In this document: piece by piece, positions 18,600-28,560 of the stretch
Layout: each line of letters starts with the position of its first letter
Numbering within the stretch: the first letter of the stretch is position 1
Origin: a virus
Strand: one strand, 5' to 3'
Virus record (IMG/VR): IMGVR_UViG_3300005338_000001
Span: 14,527 to 78,526 of that record
Length of the DNA stretch: 64,000 nt
Made by a program: the position numbers and the translations under genes
The notes under the pieces: model-generated
Told to the model about the DNA's origin: nothing
The model's database searches: none
Seen by the model: only the letters and a program-made list of their open reading frames with translations

Positions 18600-18729
18600 T
18601 TTCGGAACGAGCGTAGTTTTCCAACTGCGTCAACTGCTCATCGGTGTAGTCGCTGAGCCGCTCACGAACTTCGTCCAATTCGGCTCCGATGGCGCTCTCA
18701 AAAGCTTCTTCTGTTGGTGTCGTGTTCAT
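18571..18729 (-). CDS. Small acidic protein overlapping the PIN start (antitoxin-like, 52 aa)
   Basis: Hand-translated: MNTTPTEEAFESAIGAELDEVRERLSDYTDEQLTQLENYARSENGSCPRTAA. Confidence 0.5.
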   Translation of the reverse strand: MNTTPTEEAFESAIGAELDEVRERLSDYTDEQLTQLENYARSENGSCPRTAA

Positions 18730-18973
18730 GGTGTCGTGTTCTTAGCGAACAGTTCGCAAATCCTGCGAACTGGCGCAAGTAGAATGTAACATTTTTGTTT
18801 AAAAAAACTTTAAATTACCTCTGAAACAGTCCGAAAACGTCCCACAAAAGGTCCAAAAATGTTCCAGAAAAACTCCACTCTGTGAGAGCGGTTTTTTCCA
18901 GCGAAGAGAGATAGAATTTTGAGGCACGGCAACCCTCCATTCAAGCAGAGCCCGTTCCAAACGCCAGCACGTT

Positions 18974-19957
18974 TTACAGTCCACCCGTCGTGTCGTGCAT
19001 CGTGAGCCGCTTTCCCTGTGCCTGTTTCAGTCCGGCAACCGTGCGTTCGCCGTCCGTTTCCTTCCGGCTGTTCCAGCGGAAATCGAACTCCGCGACGTAG
19101 CGCCCAAGGTGCTTGCGCGAGATGTGATGGAAGTTTCCGATCACGCCACGGCGCAAAAGCGAGAACGAGCTTTCCGCGTAGTTCGTGGAAACAACTTCGC
19201 CGTCCGGCTCGGTGCGCTGGTATTCGCGTTTCCCGCCAGCCTTTCCGTGCGTCACGAATTTGTGGCGGAAGTCCGCGCCGAGTTTCTTGTATCCGGGATG
19301 CTCGTCCGTGTGAATGGTGGAACCCGCCGCCACGTGCTCACACACGGCTTCGCGCAGGTTCTTGCCCGTCACGATCTCGGAAAGCACAACGGAGCGGCGC
19401 TTGCCCGTCTGGCGCTCTACTAACGCCACGACGGCAGACTTTGATCCACGGCGGAATCCCTTGCCCTTCGTTTTCGGACCGTAGTAACACTCGTCAACCT
19501 CTACCATACCGTTCAGTTTTCCATCGGGAGTGACATCGGCCAGAGAGTGGCGGATGCGATGGCAGAGAAACCACGCGGACTTGTAGGAGCCGAGTCCAAG
19601 GTGACGCTGCATCTGCTTTGCGCTCATTCCCTTTTTCGCACCGCTCATGAGATACCAAGCGATCAACCACTTATCGAGGGTGATGTGCGAGTCTTCAAAA
19701 ATCGTTCCCACCGTGACGCGGAAAGACTTTTTGCACTCTGCGCACTGGCGCAAGCCGACACGGATTTTCTTTTCTTTGTTCGCCGTGAGCTTCCAAATTT
19801 TCTCCGCGTCCGCGTTTCCGCAGTGCGGGCAAACGGGACCGTTTTTCCAGAGGATCGTTTCCATGTATTCGATGGCTTTCTCCTCTGTGGAGAAGCGCGC
19901 CATGATTTCGGGAAGCGTCAAATCTTCCGGCGTGAGAAACGTGTTGCTCTTGTTCAT
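18974..19957 (-). CDS. IS1595-family transposase (327 aa)
   Basis: Zn ribbon CPHC...CAEC, GTIFEDS, VEVDECY, IHTDE, TNYAESSFSLLRR, YVAEFDFRWN. Confidence 0.92.
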   Translation of the reverse strand: MNKSNTFLTPEDLTLPEIMARFSTEEKAIEYMETILWKNGPVCPHCGNADAEKIWKLTANKEKKIRVGLRQCAECKKSFRVTVGTIFEDSHITLDKWLIAWYLMSGAKKGMSAKQMQRHLGLGSYKSAWFLCHRIRHSLADVTPDGKLNGMVEVDECYYGPKTKGKGFRRGSKSAVVALVERQTGKRRSVVLSEIVTGKNLREAVCEHVAAGSTIHTDEHPGYKKLGADFRHKFVTHGKAGGKREYQRTEPDGEVVSTNYAESSFSLLRRGVIGNFHHISRKHLGRYVAEFDFRWNSRKETDGERTVAGLKQAQGKRLTMHDTTGGL

Positions 19958-20004
19958 GCGCGAAGAATCTCACCGCGTAGAACAATTGTCAAGGGGATAA
20001 TCCC

Positions 20005-20798
20005 GAAATGTTGTCGTAACGGTTGACGTAACCGCGAGCGACTTTTTGCAAATAGTCCTTTCGCTGATTCGCGACCCGCTCATGGATTCTCGCCGCACGA
20101 CTCGCTGCTTTCTTGCGACGGTTACTGCCTTTTGTTCGGCGGGCAATCATACGCTGCGCGATGCGCAGTGCCCTCAGTGTGTGTTTGAGGTGCCGTGGAT
20201 TCTCAACCTTGTTGCCTTCACTGTCCGCGACCAGATGCTTGAGTCCGAAGTCCAATCCTACGCTCAGTCCTGTTTTTGGAAGTTCTTCGGTCTCAGTTGC
20301 GCACACGGCCTGCAAATACCAACCACTCGGCTTGTGAAGGATTCGGCAGAATTTGAGCACGCCATTGATGTCCCGATGCCGATTGAACCGGATGCGTCCC
20401 CCGAGCATCTTTCCGGCCTTGAAATAGCTTTCGGAAATCCCATTGCTTACGGCATCTCGGAACTGGATGGAATGCCATCGGTTCGCACCCTTGAAGCGCG
20501 GGAAGCCTTTCTTGTTCGCGCCCTCCTTGCAGCGCCGAAAGAAGTTCGCAAAAGAAACATGCAAACGCTTGAGTGTGGTATCCACAACCACGGCGGGAAT
20601 CTCAGGATGCTCTTTGCTGCCGTGCTTTTTGTCCTGCGCGAAAAGGTTCATGTGCTTTCCGGTCGCCTTGTAGTGGGAAACCAGTTCCACCAGCGCGGAA
20701 TTGTAGAGTTCCCGCGACAATCGCAGCGTCTTCCACAGCGCAGTTTCCTGCGACGGATTCGGCCTGAGACGAAATTCGTAGGTGAGCATCTTCGGCAT
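20005..20798 (-). pseudogene. tnpB: IS200/IS605-type TnpB, truncated before RuvC II
   Basis: YEFRLRPN, RELYNSAL, GFPRFK, VGLDFGLK (RuvC I), KGSNRRKK, NQRKDY. Ends at YDNIS, where the IS1595 end begins. Confidence 0.88.
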
Positions 20799-20870
20799 GA
20801 TGGCGCGCGCAAAAAGAAAGTGCAAGAAATATCTTGACCGTTTTTGGACCACCGTGGTAGATGTAGTCCC

Positions 20871-21032
20871 ATGCCGAAGAAAACTGCACGCAATTACGAC
20901 GAGGATTACCGCGCCAGAATCCCCGCAACATTACTTCCGCCGCTGACGAAGCTCGCGCAAAAAGGCAGCCGCAAAGTTCCGCAGGAAGTGATTCTCGCGG
21001 TGTCCAACCACATCAAGCGTTCTGGAAAATGA
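20871..21032 (+). CDS. Arc/ribbon-helix-helix-like regulator (53 aa)
   Basis: YRARIPATLLPPLTKLAQKGSRKVPQEVILAV; first gene of the plus-strand operon. Confidence 0.6.
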   Translation: MPKKTARNYDEDYRARIPATLLPPLTKLAQKGSRKVPQEVILAVSNHIKRSGK

Positions 21033-21283
21033 GCACCCCCACGACTCACGAACTGAAAACTTGGCCCGAGTTTTTCGAGCGCATTCTGGACGGCTCGAAA
21101 CCGTTTGAGATTCGGCGCGGTGATCGCAACTTCAAAGTCGGCGACACGCTGCTGCTCAAGGAATGGAAGCCGATGGCGCGCGAGTACACGGGCCGAGAGG
21201 TTCGCAAGGTCATCACCTACACACTGACCGGCATGGGCCTTGAAGCTGGCTTCATCGCGCTCGGACTCGCAACTGCACCATGA
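21029..21283 (+). CDS. ASCH/DUF3850-like protein
   Basis: HELKTWPEFFERILDGSKPFEIRRGDRNFKVGDTLLLKEW. Confidence 0.85.
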   Translation: MSTPTTHELKTWPEFFERILDGSKPFEIRRGDRNFKVGDTLLLKEWKPMAREYTGREVRKVITYTLTGMGLEAGFIALGLATAP

Positions 21284-21720
21284 CCCCGCATCCTGACCCC
21301 TTGTCGCAGGAGACGAAGCGCATCCGGCTGGCGGAGGCGGCGGGCTGGCGATTTGTCAGAGCTACGTATCGCGGCAGATCCGTCTGCCCCAAAGAAGGAC
21401 TGTCGCTACTGTGGTTTATCGACAAGGTTGAATCGAGTCGCGACTGGCTTGTCGAAGAAACAAGCGAGCGGCGTGATTTGGAGCCTCACGAAATCGACTG
21501 CCTTCCAGACTTCTTTGTCGATCTCAACGCGACGCACGCGCTGGAGAAGCTGCTGACGCCAGCGCAAGCGCAGAGCTACTTCCAGACCATTCGAAAAATC
21601 ATTAGTGAACCGCCAGAAGGATCAGAAGTAACCATTTCCTGTTTCTACATCCACGCCAACGCCGCAACCCGCGGCGAAGCGCTAGGTTCGGCGCTCGGCC
21701 TCTGGCAGACGGGGCAGTAG
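21280..21720 (+). CDS. Hypothetical phage protein
   Basis: ATGA-coupled; contains LPDFFVDLNATHALEK. Confidence 0.6.
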   Translation: MTPHPDPLSQETKRIRLAEAAGWRFVRATYRGRSVCPKEGLSLLWFIDKVESSRDWLVEETSERRDLEPHEIDCLPDFFVDLNATHALEKLLTPAQAQSYFQTIRKIISEPPEGSEVTISCFYIHANAATRGEALGSALGLWQTGQ

Positions 21721-21898
21721 CGACACTCACCACTATGACTAAAACACAAAAACTCATCACTGGATGGTTGATGCTACTCGCTGCCGCTATTCTCATCGCA
21801 ACTGGATTCGGACTCGTTTTTGGAGTGTCTGGAGTCTGCATTTCGCTTGGAGTCACATTGGTGTTTTACGCCATCGGATTCTTCGCAGGAGCCGACGT

Positions 21899-22489
21899 AT
21901 GAACAAGGACACCGAGCACCAGATCCAGCGCAACGAAGCCGAGCGCAAGCTGCGGGACGCCGATGCGCTGATCCTCGCAGCGCGGTTTCCGAACATGAGC
22001 CGCAGTTGCCGCGCGGCGAACATCTCTCACGAAATTCCATCAGGCGCATCAGTAGCGGGCAACCGCGAAGGCAAAGCGAGCGCCGCCACAGCCAGCAGTG
22101 CCGCTCCGGGTAATCGGGCCGGGGGCGGCGGCAAGCTGGTGTTGCGACTCGTCGGGCAGGTTCGCGGGGGCAAGAACGCGATGGGTGTTACGAAGACAGG
22201 TAAGCACTACGCACGTACTGCGTTCAAGAAATGGCGCGCTGACATGGCCTCGCAAATTCGTGCGCAGTTACCACCTTACGCGCCGATTGTCGAGCCGTGC
22301 AAACTTCGGATCGACTACGTTGCCGGTGACGGTAAACGGCGCGATCAGACCGGAATTTTCGATGCGCTGTTCCATCTGCTTGAACACACCCGCGTCATAC
22401 TCGACGACAGTCTTTTGTGGGTCACAGAATCCACTAAATCGTACGATAAGAAAAGCCCCGGCGTCACCATCACGTTTTTGAATCCATGA
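21899..22489 (+). CDS. RusA-like Holliday junction resolvase
   Basis: GGKN, FKKWR, RRDQTGIFDALFH, ILDDS, SPGVTITF; the DxDN motif is altered. Confidence 0.7.
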   Translation: MNKDTEHQIQRNEAERKLRDADALILAARFPNMSRSCRAANISHEIPSGASVAGNREGKASAATASSAAPGNRAGGGGKLVLRLVGQVRGGKNAMGVTKTGKHYARTAFKKWRADMASQIRAQLPPYAPIVEPCKLRIDYVAGDGKRRDQTGIFDALFHLLEHTRVILDDSLLWVTESTKSYDKKSPGVTITFLNP

Positions 22490-25469
22490 ACACCGACCCC
22501 GACCCCGACCCCGCCTCCGCCACCAGCGCCAGCACTGAAGCCGCGCCTCGCAACCGCTGCAACTGCCCGCAGTGCCAGACCGACGACTGCCCGGCTGGAA
22601 TCGAGTTGGCCGCGGCGGTTGCTGAACTGTGTACCGTGGCACACGAACACGACAAACTGCGCGACAAATTCTTCTCGCATCCTGCCGTGCTCGATCTGAA
22701 CCAGCGCCTCGTCTCAGCAGAACTGGATGCGTGGCGCGTCCTGATGCTGTACGGCGCTACGCCCGAGATCGTCCACGCCTTCATCCGCGGCCAGCAGGAT
22801 CGCATCTGTTGCTGTGAGGGCATCGAATCCGCACTGGAGCGCGTCCTTGCGGCCCTGCGGCTGTGCCGTGACGCGCTGAACCAGACAGTGTGGGGCGGCG
22901 AGGTATCCGATGATGCTGTGTCGGCGGCGAACATCTGCGCCGTCACCGCAGCGGACGCCGTGCTGGACGGCGCGAAGGAGGAGGCGTGAAGCGCAGGAAA
23001 TCGAAACTGGAAATCGGGTGGCAGATACTGGCTGCGTGCTTCATTACTGAAGCTGCGCTCGTCGTAATCAGTACCGTTCGTACTATTTGGATGAAACTTA
23101 ACTTATGACCACCACCCCCTTCGACCCCACGCTGCCGTACTGCACCAGCATCGCCTCCCCAAGCAACGGCCCGCGCCTCAGCACCAGCTACACGGTGCCG
23201 CGCTTCACGCTGCCGCCGTGGCGGCTGCCGGAACCGCCACCGGGACGGCAGTGGCACAAGGCGGGATTCACCCAAGAGATGCTGCCTGCTGGTTACAGAC
23301 CGTTACTGGAAGATGAGCACACTGTTGAAGGCGATGAGTGGCTGAACTACCAAGGTATTTGGGAGTCGCGTTTTTGGCGTGGCGTTATCACACACGGACA
23401 CGCCTTTACCAGAACGCGCCGCCCGCTACCTGTTTCCGGCTGGCGCGAGCACCACGGCGGCGAGTGTCCGGTGCCGCCGGAGACGGTGGTGGAGGTGATT
23501 GCGAACGAAATTATTCATCTGCCGAAAAAGGCTTTCTACTGGCAAAGCGGATTGGATTCATGGGTCAAGAATAGCGGCAGCTTTCACACGATCACCGCCT
23601 ACCGCATCGTCACCCCCGCATCCGATAGGCTCGCTGAAGTGAAGGCAGCGCACGCGGCAGGCAAGACGGTGCAGTTCCGTGCCAAAGAATGGCAGCCGAA
23701 CGACTGGAAGGATCTTCGCGGAAACGCGGATATCAATGAGCATCTATCTGTCCTCGGATACGAGTGGCGCGTGAAGCCGGAACCCCGCTACGTGGCATGG
23801 GACTTCAACTCGCGGCCCCGTGAAGTGACATGGGTTTATCGCAAAGGCTTCCTCACCGACTCCATGATCACCGCATGGGGCGACGATGTGGTGATCATTG
23901 CCACCAAGCACGGACCGGTTCCGCAGAGCTACGGGGCGCTGCTGAACGACTGGCTGCAAAGAGACGGAAGCCCGTGCGGTCGCCAAGTCACTGACTGACA
24001 TGAGCAACACCTTGCGACCCGACAATCTGAAGTCCATGATGCCGTACATTCGGCGCTATGTGGATGGAGAGTCTAGCACTTTGCTGAGTGCGGAATTGGG
24101 GACATATCCGGCGGCGTTTCTGTCGATAGTCAGAAGATCCGGTCAGGCAGTCCGGAGCCGCGGGAGACCGATTGGATCGCGAAGCGTTTCAGACGTTCGG
24201 AGCGCGCTGTGCAAGGTGACGCTTGACGATGAGAAGGAAATTCTTCGGCAGTTTGACGAGGGATTGCCGCTTCATGTGATAGGCGGCCTGCACAACATCA
24301 CACGGGAGCGCGTGCGGCAGATCGTCAAGCGAGAAGGCCGGCAGCCGCGTGGTTGGCGGTTCAATACGCGACGCATCGAACTACCGATGGATAGGCTGCG
24401 AATGGACTGCAATGCGGGACTAAGCGCATCCGAAATGGCTTCCAAATACGGATGTGGATATGAGACACTCAAGCGTAGGCTTGCCGAGATTGGAATTAAA
24501 GCCATTCACGCACGGCGGTTGAGGCTCGACTTGGAAACCGTCAAGAATCAGTATCGCACGATGGGGTGTTACCGTGTCGGTAAGCTGAATGGCTGCTCGG
24601 GACCGACAGTGCTGCGATTCCTGCATCGTCACGGCATCAAGACACGCAAATCGGGCCACCGTCCATGACCGTCATCGGCCAGCACAACCTCGCGCCCACC
24701 AGTCCGGCAGAGCGGCTGCACGACATCATCGACCGCTACTGGCAGACGCACGGAAAGCCGCCGGCGGAAGTGCTGGCCAACTACGGCTTCCGTCACGAGT
24801 TCGCGCAGCACGTGATGCTGACAGAGCCGTGGCTGTTTGGAACCGCCTACGCGCCAGTGCCGTTCAGCAATGAGTTCCTGTTCCGCGACGTGCCGGTGCG
24901 CTGCGTCCTCCAGGGCGGCGTCAGCGTGCTGGTGATACGATGAGGACTCGCTACAAACAGCGCTACGACGGCGACCGCTTCCGTATCCCGTGGAAGAACT
25001 GGATCATGCGGTGTTGTGACTGTGGACTCGTGCATCGGATGACTTTCGAGCTTCGCGGCAAGCAACTGTGGCTGCGGCCAGTCACCGATCACCCGAGAAC
25101 AAAAGCGGCGAGAAAGCGCAAGGAATTCAAACGACCATGAACGACCAAGAAGCTAACATGCAGGAAACCCGAGTCGCCAAGTACCGCGCCTTGGATCATA
25201 CCCGAAACGAAATCTACGCCGCCATCAAGGCCGTCACGGAAGACGATCCGAGCGGTCCATGCGGACAAGGACCGTTCACCGGAAACATGCGCGAGTCACG
25301 GCAGGTTGCGAGCATGATGCTGCACTTCAGCCCCACCCGCGGAGGAGCGCCAGCGGTTGACATGAGTGTCGCGCACCTGAACATCGAGGCGAGTGAGCTT
25401 GGCCGCTTCATTGAAGCCCGACTTCGCGCCAAGCTGGAACTCGTGAACGCCGAGATCGAGAAGCTGTAG
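22486..25469 (+). CDS. Run of hypothetical genes (22486-22989, 23105-23998, 24000-24668 multi-HTH, 24665-24943, 24940-25140, 25137-25469)
   Basis: Overlapping start/stop codons. 24000-24668 contains ITRERVRQI (sigma region 4-type HTH). Confidence 0.6.
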
Positions 25470-25493
25470 CCTCCCCGCCGCGGCATCCGCCGC

Positions 25494-25634
25494 TTGACAC
25501 GGCGGCGGGGCGCGCTACGGTGCGGGTGCCGGGCATCTGTCGGCGGCTGATTCAGACCAGTCCATCACAAACTTCCGCCTCTCCTGCGCCGTTCACTCGA
25601 ACGGGTCTGACGCAGGAGAGGCATTTTGTTGAAC
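25494..25634 (+). promoter_or_regulatory. Promoter plus structured leader with a terminator-like hairpin
   Basis: TTGACA-N16-TACGGT; stem GCCTCTCCTGCG/CGCAGGAGAGGC followed by ATTTT. Confidence 0.65.
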
Positions 25635-26660
25635 ATGAGCCTCACGATCCTTACCGGCAATAACCGCACCACACTGAAGACGCTGCCAGACGAGAGCGTG
25701 AACTGTTGCATCACCTCACCGCCGTACTGGGGGCTTCGGGACTACGGCCACTCAGACCAGATCGGCCAAGAGCCGACGCCAGAGCAATACGTTGCGAGTC
25801 TTGTGGCGGTGTTCACGGAAGTGCGCCGAGTGCTGCGCGCAGATGGGACGCTGTGGCTGAACCTTGGGGACAGTTACGCCGGCGGCGGGCGAGGTGGCGG
25901 ATCTCCGGACTGTAAGCAACGAACGAATGTCGGCAGCCTTGTCGCGCCATCACCAAAGATTCCAGGACTGAAGCCCAAAGACCTGATCGGCATCCCGTGG
26001 ATGGTGGCGTTCGCGCTCCGCAGTGCGGGCTGGTGGCTGCGTTCGGAGATCATCTGGCACAAGCCCAACCCGATGCCCGAGAGCGTCACCGATAGGCCAA
26101 CCTGCGCGCACGAGAAACTGTTCCTGCTGGCCAAGAGCGCCGACTACTACTGCGATATGGCGGCGATTCGGGAACCTGCATCACCTTCGCTCATCAAACA
26201 GGTCGAGGAAGGATACAACGGCGAGGCGCTGAAGGACTACCTGAGCGCCAGCGTGCAGGACGCCAGCGCCACCAAGGCCCGGATCATAGGGAACGCCAGA
26301 AAACGAATCGACAAGCAGCGCGGACACGGCAGGCGTCACGAAGGATTCAACGAGCGGTACGACAACCTCACGCCCGCCGAGCAGAACTTGCTCGGATCAA
26401 ACAAGCGCAACGTCTGGACGGTCGCGCCGGCCAATTTCCGCGAAGCCCACTTCGCCACCTACCCGCCAGCCCTCATCGCGCCCTGTGTGCTCGCCGGATG
26501 CCCTGTAGGCGGGGTTGTGCTTGATCCGTTCGGCGGAAGCGGAACAACCGGCATGGTGGCGCTGGAATACGGTCGCAGGGCTGTTCTGTGTGAGCTGAAT
26601 CCCGATTACGTCGCCCTCATCCACCAGAGAACCAACGTGACTGTAGGGCTGGGGATATAG
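25635..26660 (+). CDS. Orphan amino-DNA methyltransferase (N4C/N6A, beta class)
   Basis: TSPPY, LWLNLGD, EIIWHKPNPMPESV, HFATYP, LDPFGGSGTT. Confidence 0.93.
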   Translation: MSLTILTGNNRTTLKTLPDESVNCCITSPPYWGLRDYGHSDQIGQEPTPEQYVASLVAVFTEVRRVLRADGTLWLNLGDSYAGGGRGGGSPDCKQRTNVGSLVAPSPKIPGLKPKDLIGIPWMVAFALRSAGWWLRSEIIWHKPNPMPESVTDRPTCAHEKLFLLAKSADYYCDMAAIREPASPSLIKQVEEGYNGEALKDYLSASVQDASATKARIIGNARKRIDKQRGHGRRHEGFNERYDNLTPAEQNLLGSNKRNVWTVAPANFREAHFATYPPALIAPCVLAGCPVGGVVLDPFGGSGTTGMVALEYGRRAVLCELNPDYVALIHQRTNVTVGLGI

Positions 26661-26666
26661 CGCACC

Positions 26667-26807
26667 TTGACAAGAACGCGCGGTGATGTAGCGTGCGGGT
26701 GCCGTGTGAAAGCGGCACTCAGATGCGCAACCATTTCCAGCCCGCCTTGGGCCACTCACGTCTCCGCGCAGGAACTTTCACCGTGAATCCGAGGCGGGCC
26801 TTTTCTT
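26667..26807 (+). promoter_or_regulatory. Promoter plus structured leader with a terminator-like hairpin
   Basis: TTGACA-N16-TAGCGT; stem GCCCGCCTTGG/CCGAGGCGGGC followed by CTTTT. Confidence 0.65.
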
Positions 26808-27737
26808 ATGCCTGACCCAATTCACATCATCTCGCTCGGCGCGGGCGTGCAAAGCTCCACAATGGCCCTCATGGCTGCGCATGGCGAGATAACACCGATG
26901 CCAGTCTCGGCGGTGTTCGCGGACACGCAGGCTGAGCCGCAGAGCGTTTACCGATGGCTGGAGTGGCTGGAGCCGCGACTTCCGTTTCCAGTGCTGCGAG
27001 TGACGAAAGGCGACATGACGCACGCGAGTCTGGAGTCACGAACAAAGCGCGACGGCTCGGGGACGTGGACGAAAAGCCTCATCCCTGCATTTGTGAAGAA
27101 CCGAAACGGGACGCGCGGCATCATGGGGCGGGCTTGCACGTGGGATTACAAGGTCTGCCAGTTGGAGAAAGCGGCCCGCAAGCTTGGCCTTGAGGCCATC
27201 AAGGAACGTGCAAAGGAGATGCGCGCCCGACTGAAGGACTGGAAGGCTCTGGAACTTCTCGCCGATCTCGGGCAATGCGATCATCGACCAAAGCCGAAAG
27301 AGAAGGAACTGCCCACCGTGGTTGTTCAATGGATCGGCATCAGCATCGACGAGGCGCACCGCATGAAGCCCGCGCGACTGCCGTGGTCGGAACATCGCTG
27401 GCCGCTGATCGACGCCGGCATGAAACGGTACGATTGCCTGCGGTGGATGGAAGCGAAGGGCTACCCGACTCCACCGCGTAGCGCGTGCGTTTATTGCCCG
27501 TTCCACAGCGATGCGGAGTGGCGTCGCCTCCGAGACTCCGAGCCGAAGGAATTCGAGCGCGCTGTCCAATTCGAGCGCGACCTTCAGCGCACAAAAGCCA
27601 AGAGCGACAACATGGACGGCATCCCGTTCCTGCACTCGTCCCTGAAGATGCTGGACGAAGTGGACTTCTCCACCGACATCGAACGTGGGCAGGGCGAGCT
27701 ATTCGGAAACGACTGCACGGGGCTTTGTGGTGTATGA
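26808..27737 (+). CDS. PAPS-reductase-like PP-loop (adenine nucleotide alpha-hydrolase) protein
   Basis: ISLGAGVQSS, FADT, RACTWDYK, WIGISIDE, SACVYCPF, C-terminal CTGLC. Confidence 0.8.
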   Translation: MPDPIHIISLGAGVQSSTMALMAAHGEITPMPVSAVFADTQAEPQSVYRWLEWLEPRLPFPVLRVTKGDMTHASLESRTKRDGSGTWTKSLIPAFVKNRNGTRGIMGRACTWDYKVCQLEKAARKLGLEAIKERAKEMRARLKDWKALELLADLGQCDHRPKPKEKELPTVVVQWIGISIDEAHRMKPARLPWSEHRWPLIDAGMKRYDCLRWMEAKGYPTPPRSACVYCPFHSDAEWRRLRDSEPKEFERAVQFERDLQRTKAKSDNMDGIPFLHSSLKMLDEVDFSTDIERGQGELFGNDCTGLCGV

Positions 27738-28066
27738 AGCTGGGCCACTGGTTCCGCCTGCCGCACGAGATTTTCCTTGAGGACATGCCCGACTCGCCGC
27801 GACGGGTCATCATCTACCTGTTCAGCCTTTCGCTGTATGGCGGGGAGTGCTCGCCCGGATACGCAGCCATCGAGCGCCACACATTCCTGAAGGAGAATGC
27901 CATCCGGAGCGCAATTGCATGGCTGCAAAAGAAGCACTGGATCAGCCACACGATTCGCGGCCAGTCCGGCAAGAACATGCGCATCTACATCCGAATCCCG
28001 CCAAGGCTTCAGTCCACCAAGGCATCGAACGTCATCGACGGCGAGGCTCAGTTCAAGGTGGTTTAG
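27734..28066 (+). CDS. Winged-HTH protein (110 aa)
   Basis: CSPGYAAIERHTFLKENAIRSAIAWLQKKHWI. Confidence 0.7.
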   Translation: MKLGHWFRLPHEIFLEDMPDSPRRVIIYLFSLSLYGGECSPGYAAIERHTFLKENAIRSAIAWLQKKHWISHTIRGQSGKNMRIYIRIPPRLQSTKASNVIDGEAQFKVV

Positions 28067-28089
28067 AGCAATTCCAGACCCTCATCACG

Positions 28090-28560
28090 GTACGGGTCTA
28101 GACCCACAGCCCTTCTCTGTAGAGCCGAACTTCTCAAATTGGCCCCAACAGGGTAAACCACGGCTCGCCTTAGAGGAAAGCCCCTCGCGCGTCTCCTCAG
28201 CCGTCCCTCGCGCGCGGGACTGTGCTGTACGGACACGGAGCTGCTCAGCACGGCTGCCAGTGCGGTGACGGCTACGGGGCTATGCGGGAACAGCGTCTGG
28301 GCAGTACGGCGTACGATTCGCGCACGTTAAGGACAAGTCGGGATCAGGAGATAATTTTTTACGGGCTTGCCTACCTTAGAAGAACGCTGAGCGGATTGGC
28401 CCCGGCAGGGGGTGTCTCCTCCCCTTCACTTCTCACAGCCCAAGCCCGCGCACGCCAGCCCCGCTACGTCGCGTCGTAACGGTACGGCTGAGGTGCTGGC
28501 AGCCCAGGAGCGGTACGGATGCGGGTACGGGGCTGCTGCGAGGTGATGCGGTACTGTAGC
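28090..28560 (+). repeat. Strand-biased GTACGG hexamer cluster in a non-coding region
   Basis: Exact copies at 28090, 28227, 28304, 28482, 28513 and 28525, plus one-mismatch variants. Confidence 0.7.

Larger units (their letters stand above)
18097..20004 (-). mobile_element. Partial IS1595-family element with passenger genes; only one end retained
   Basis: End-like sequence GGGATTATCCCCTTGACAA (minus strand from 20004) sits exactly where the tnpB frame is cut. Confidence 0.7.

Noticed and set aside
22495-22513. GACCCC x3 repeat (also the GTCGCCATCTCT duplication near 34529)
   Set aside because: Short in-frame slippage repeats with no sign of function.
26808-27737. cysH as a sulfur-assimilation auxiliary gene
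   Set aside because: No other cys genes are present. It sits beside a DNA MTase and has the phage-type motif set.
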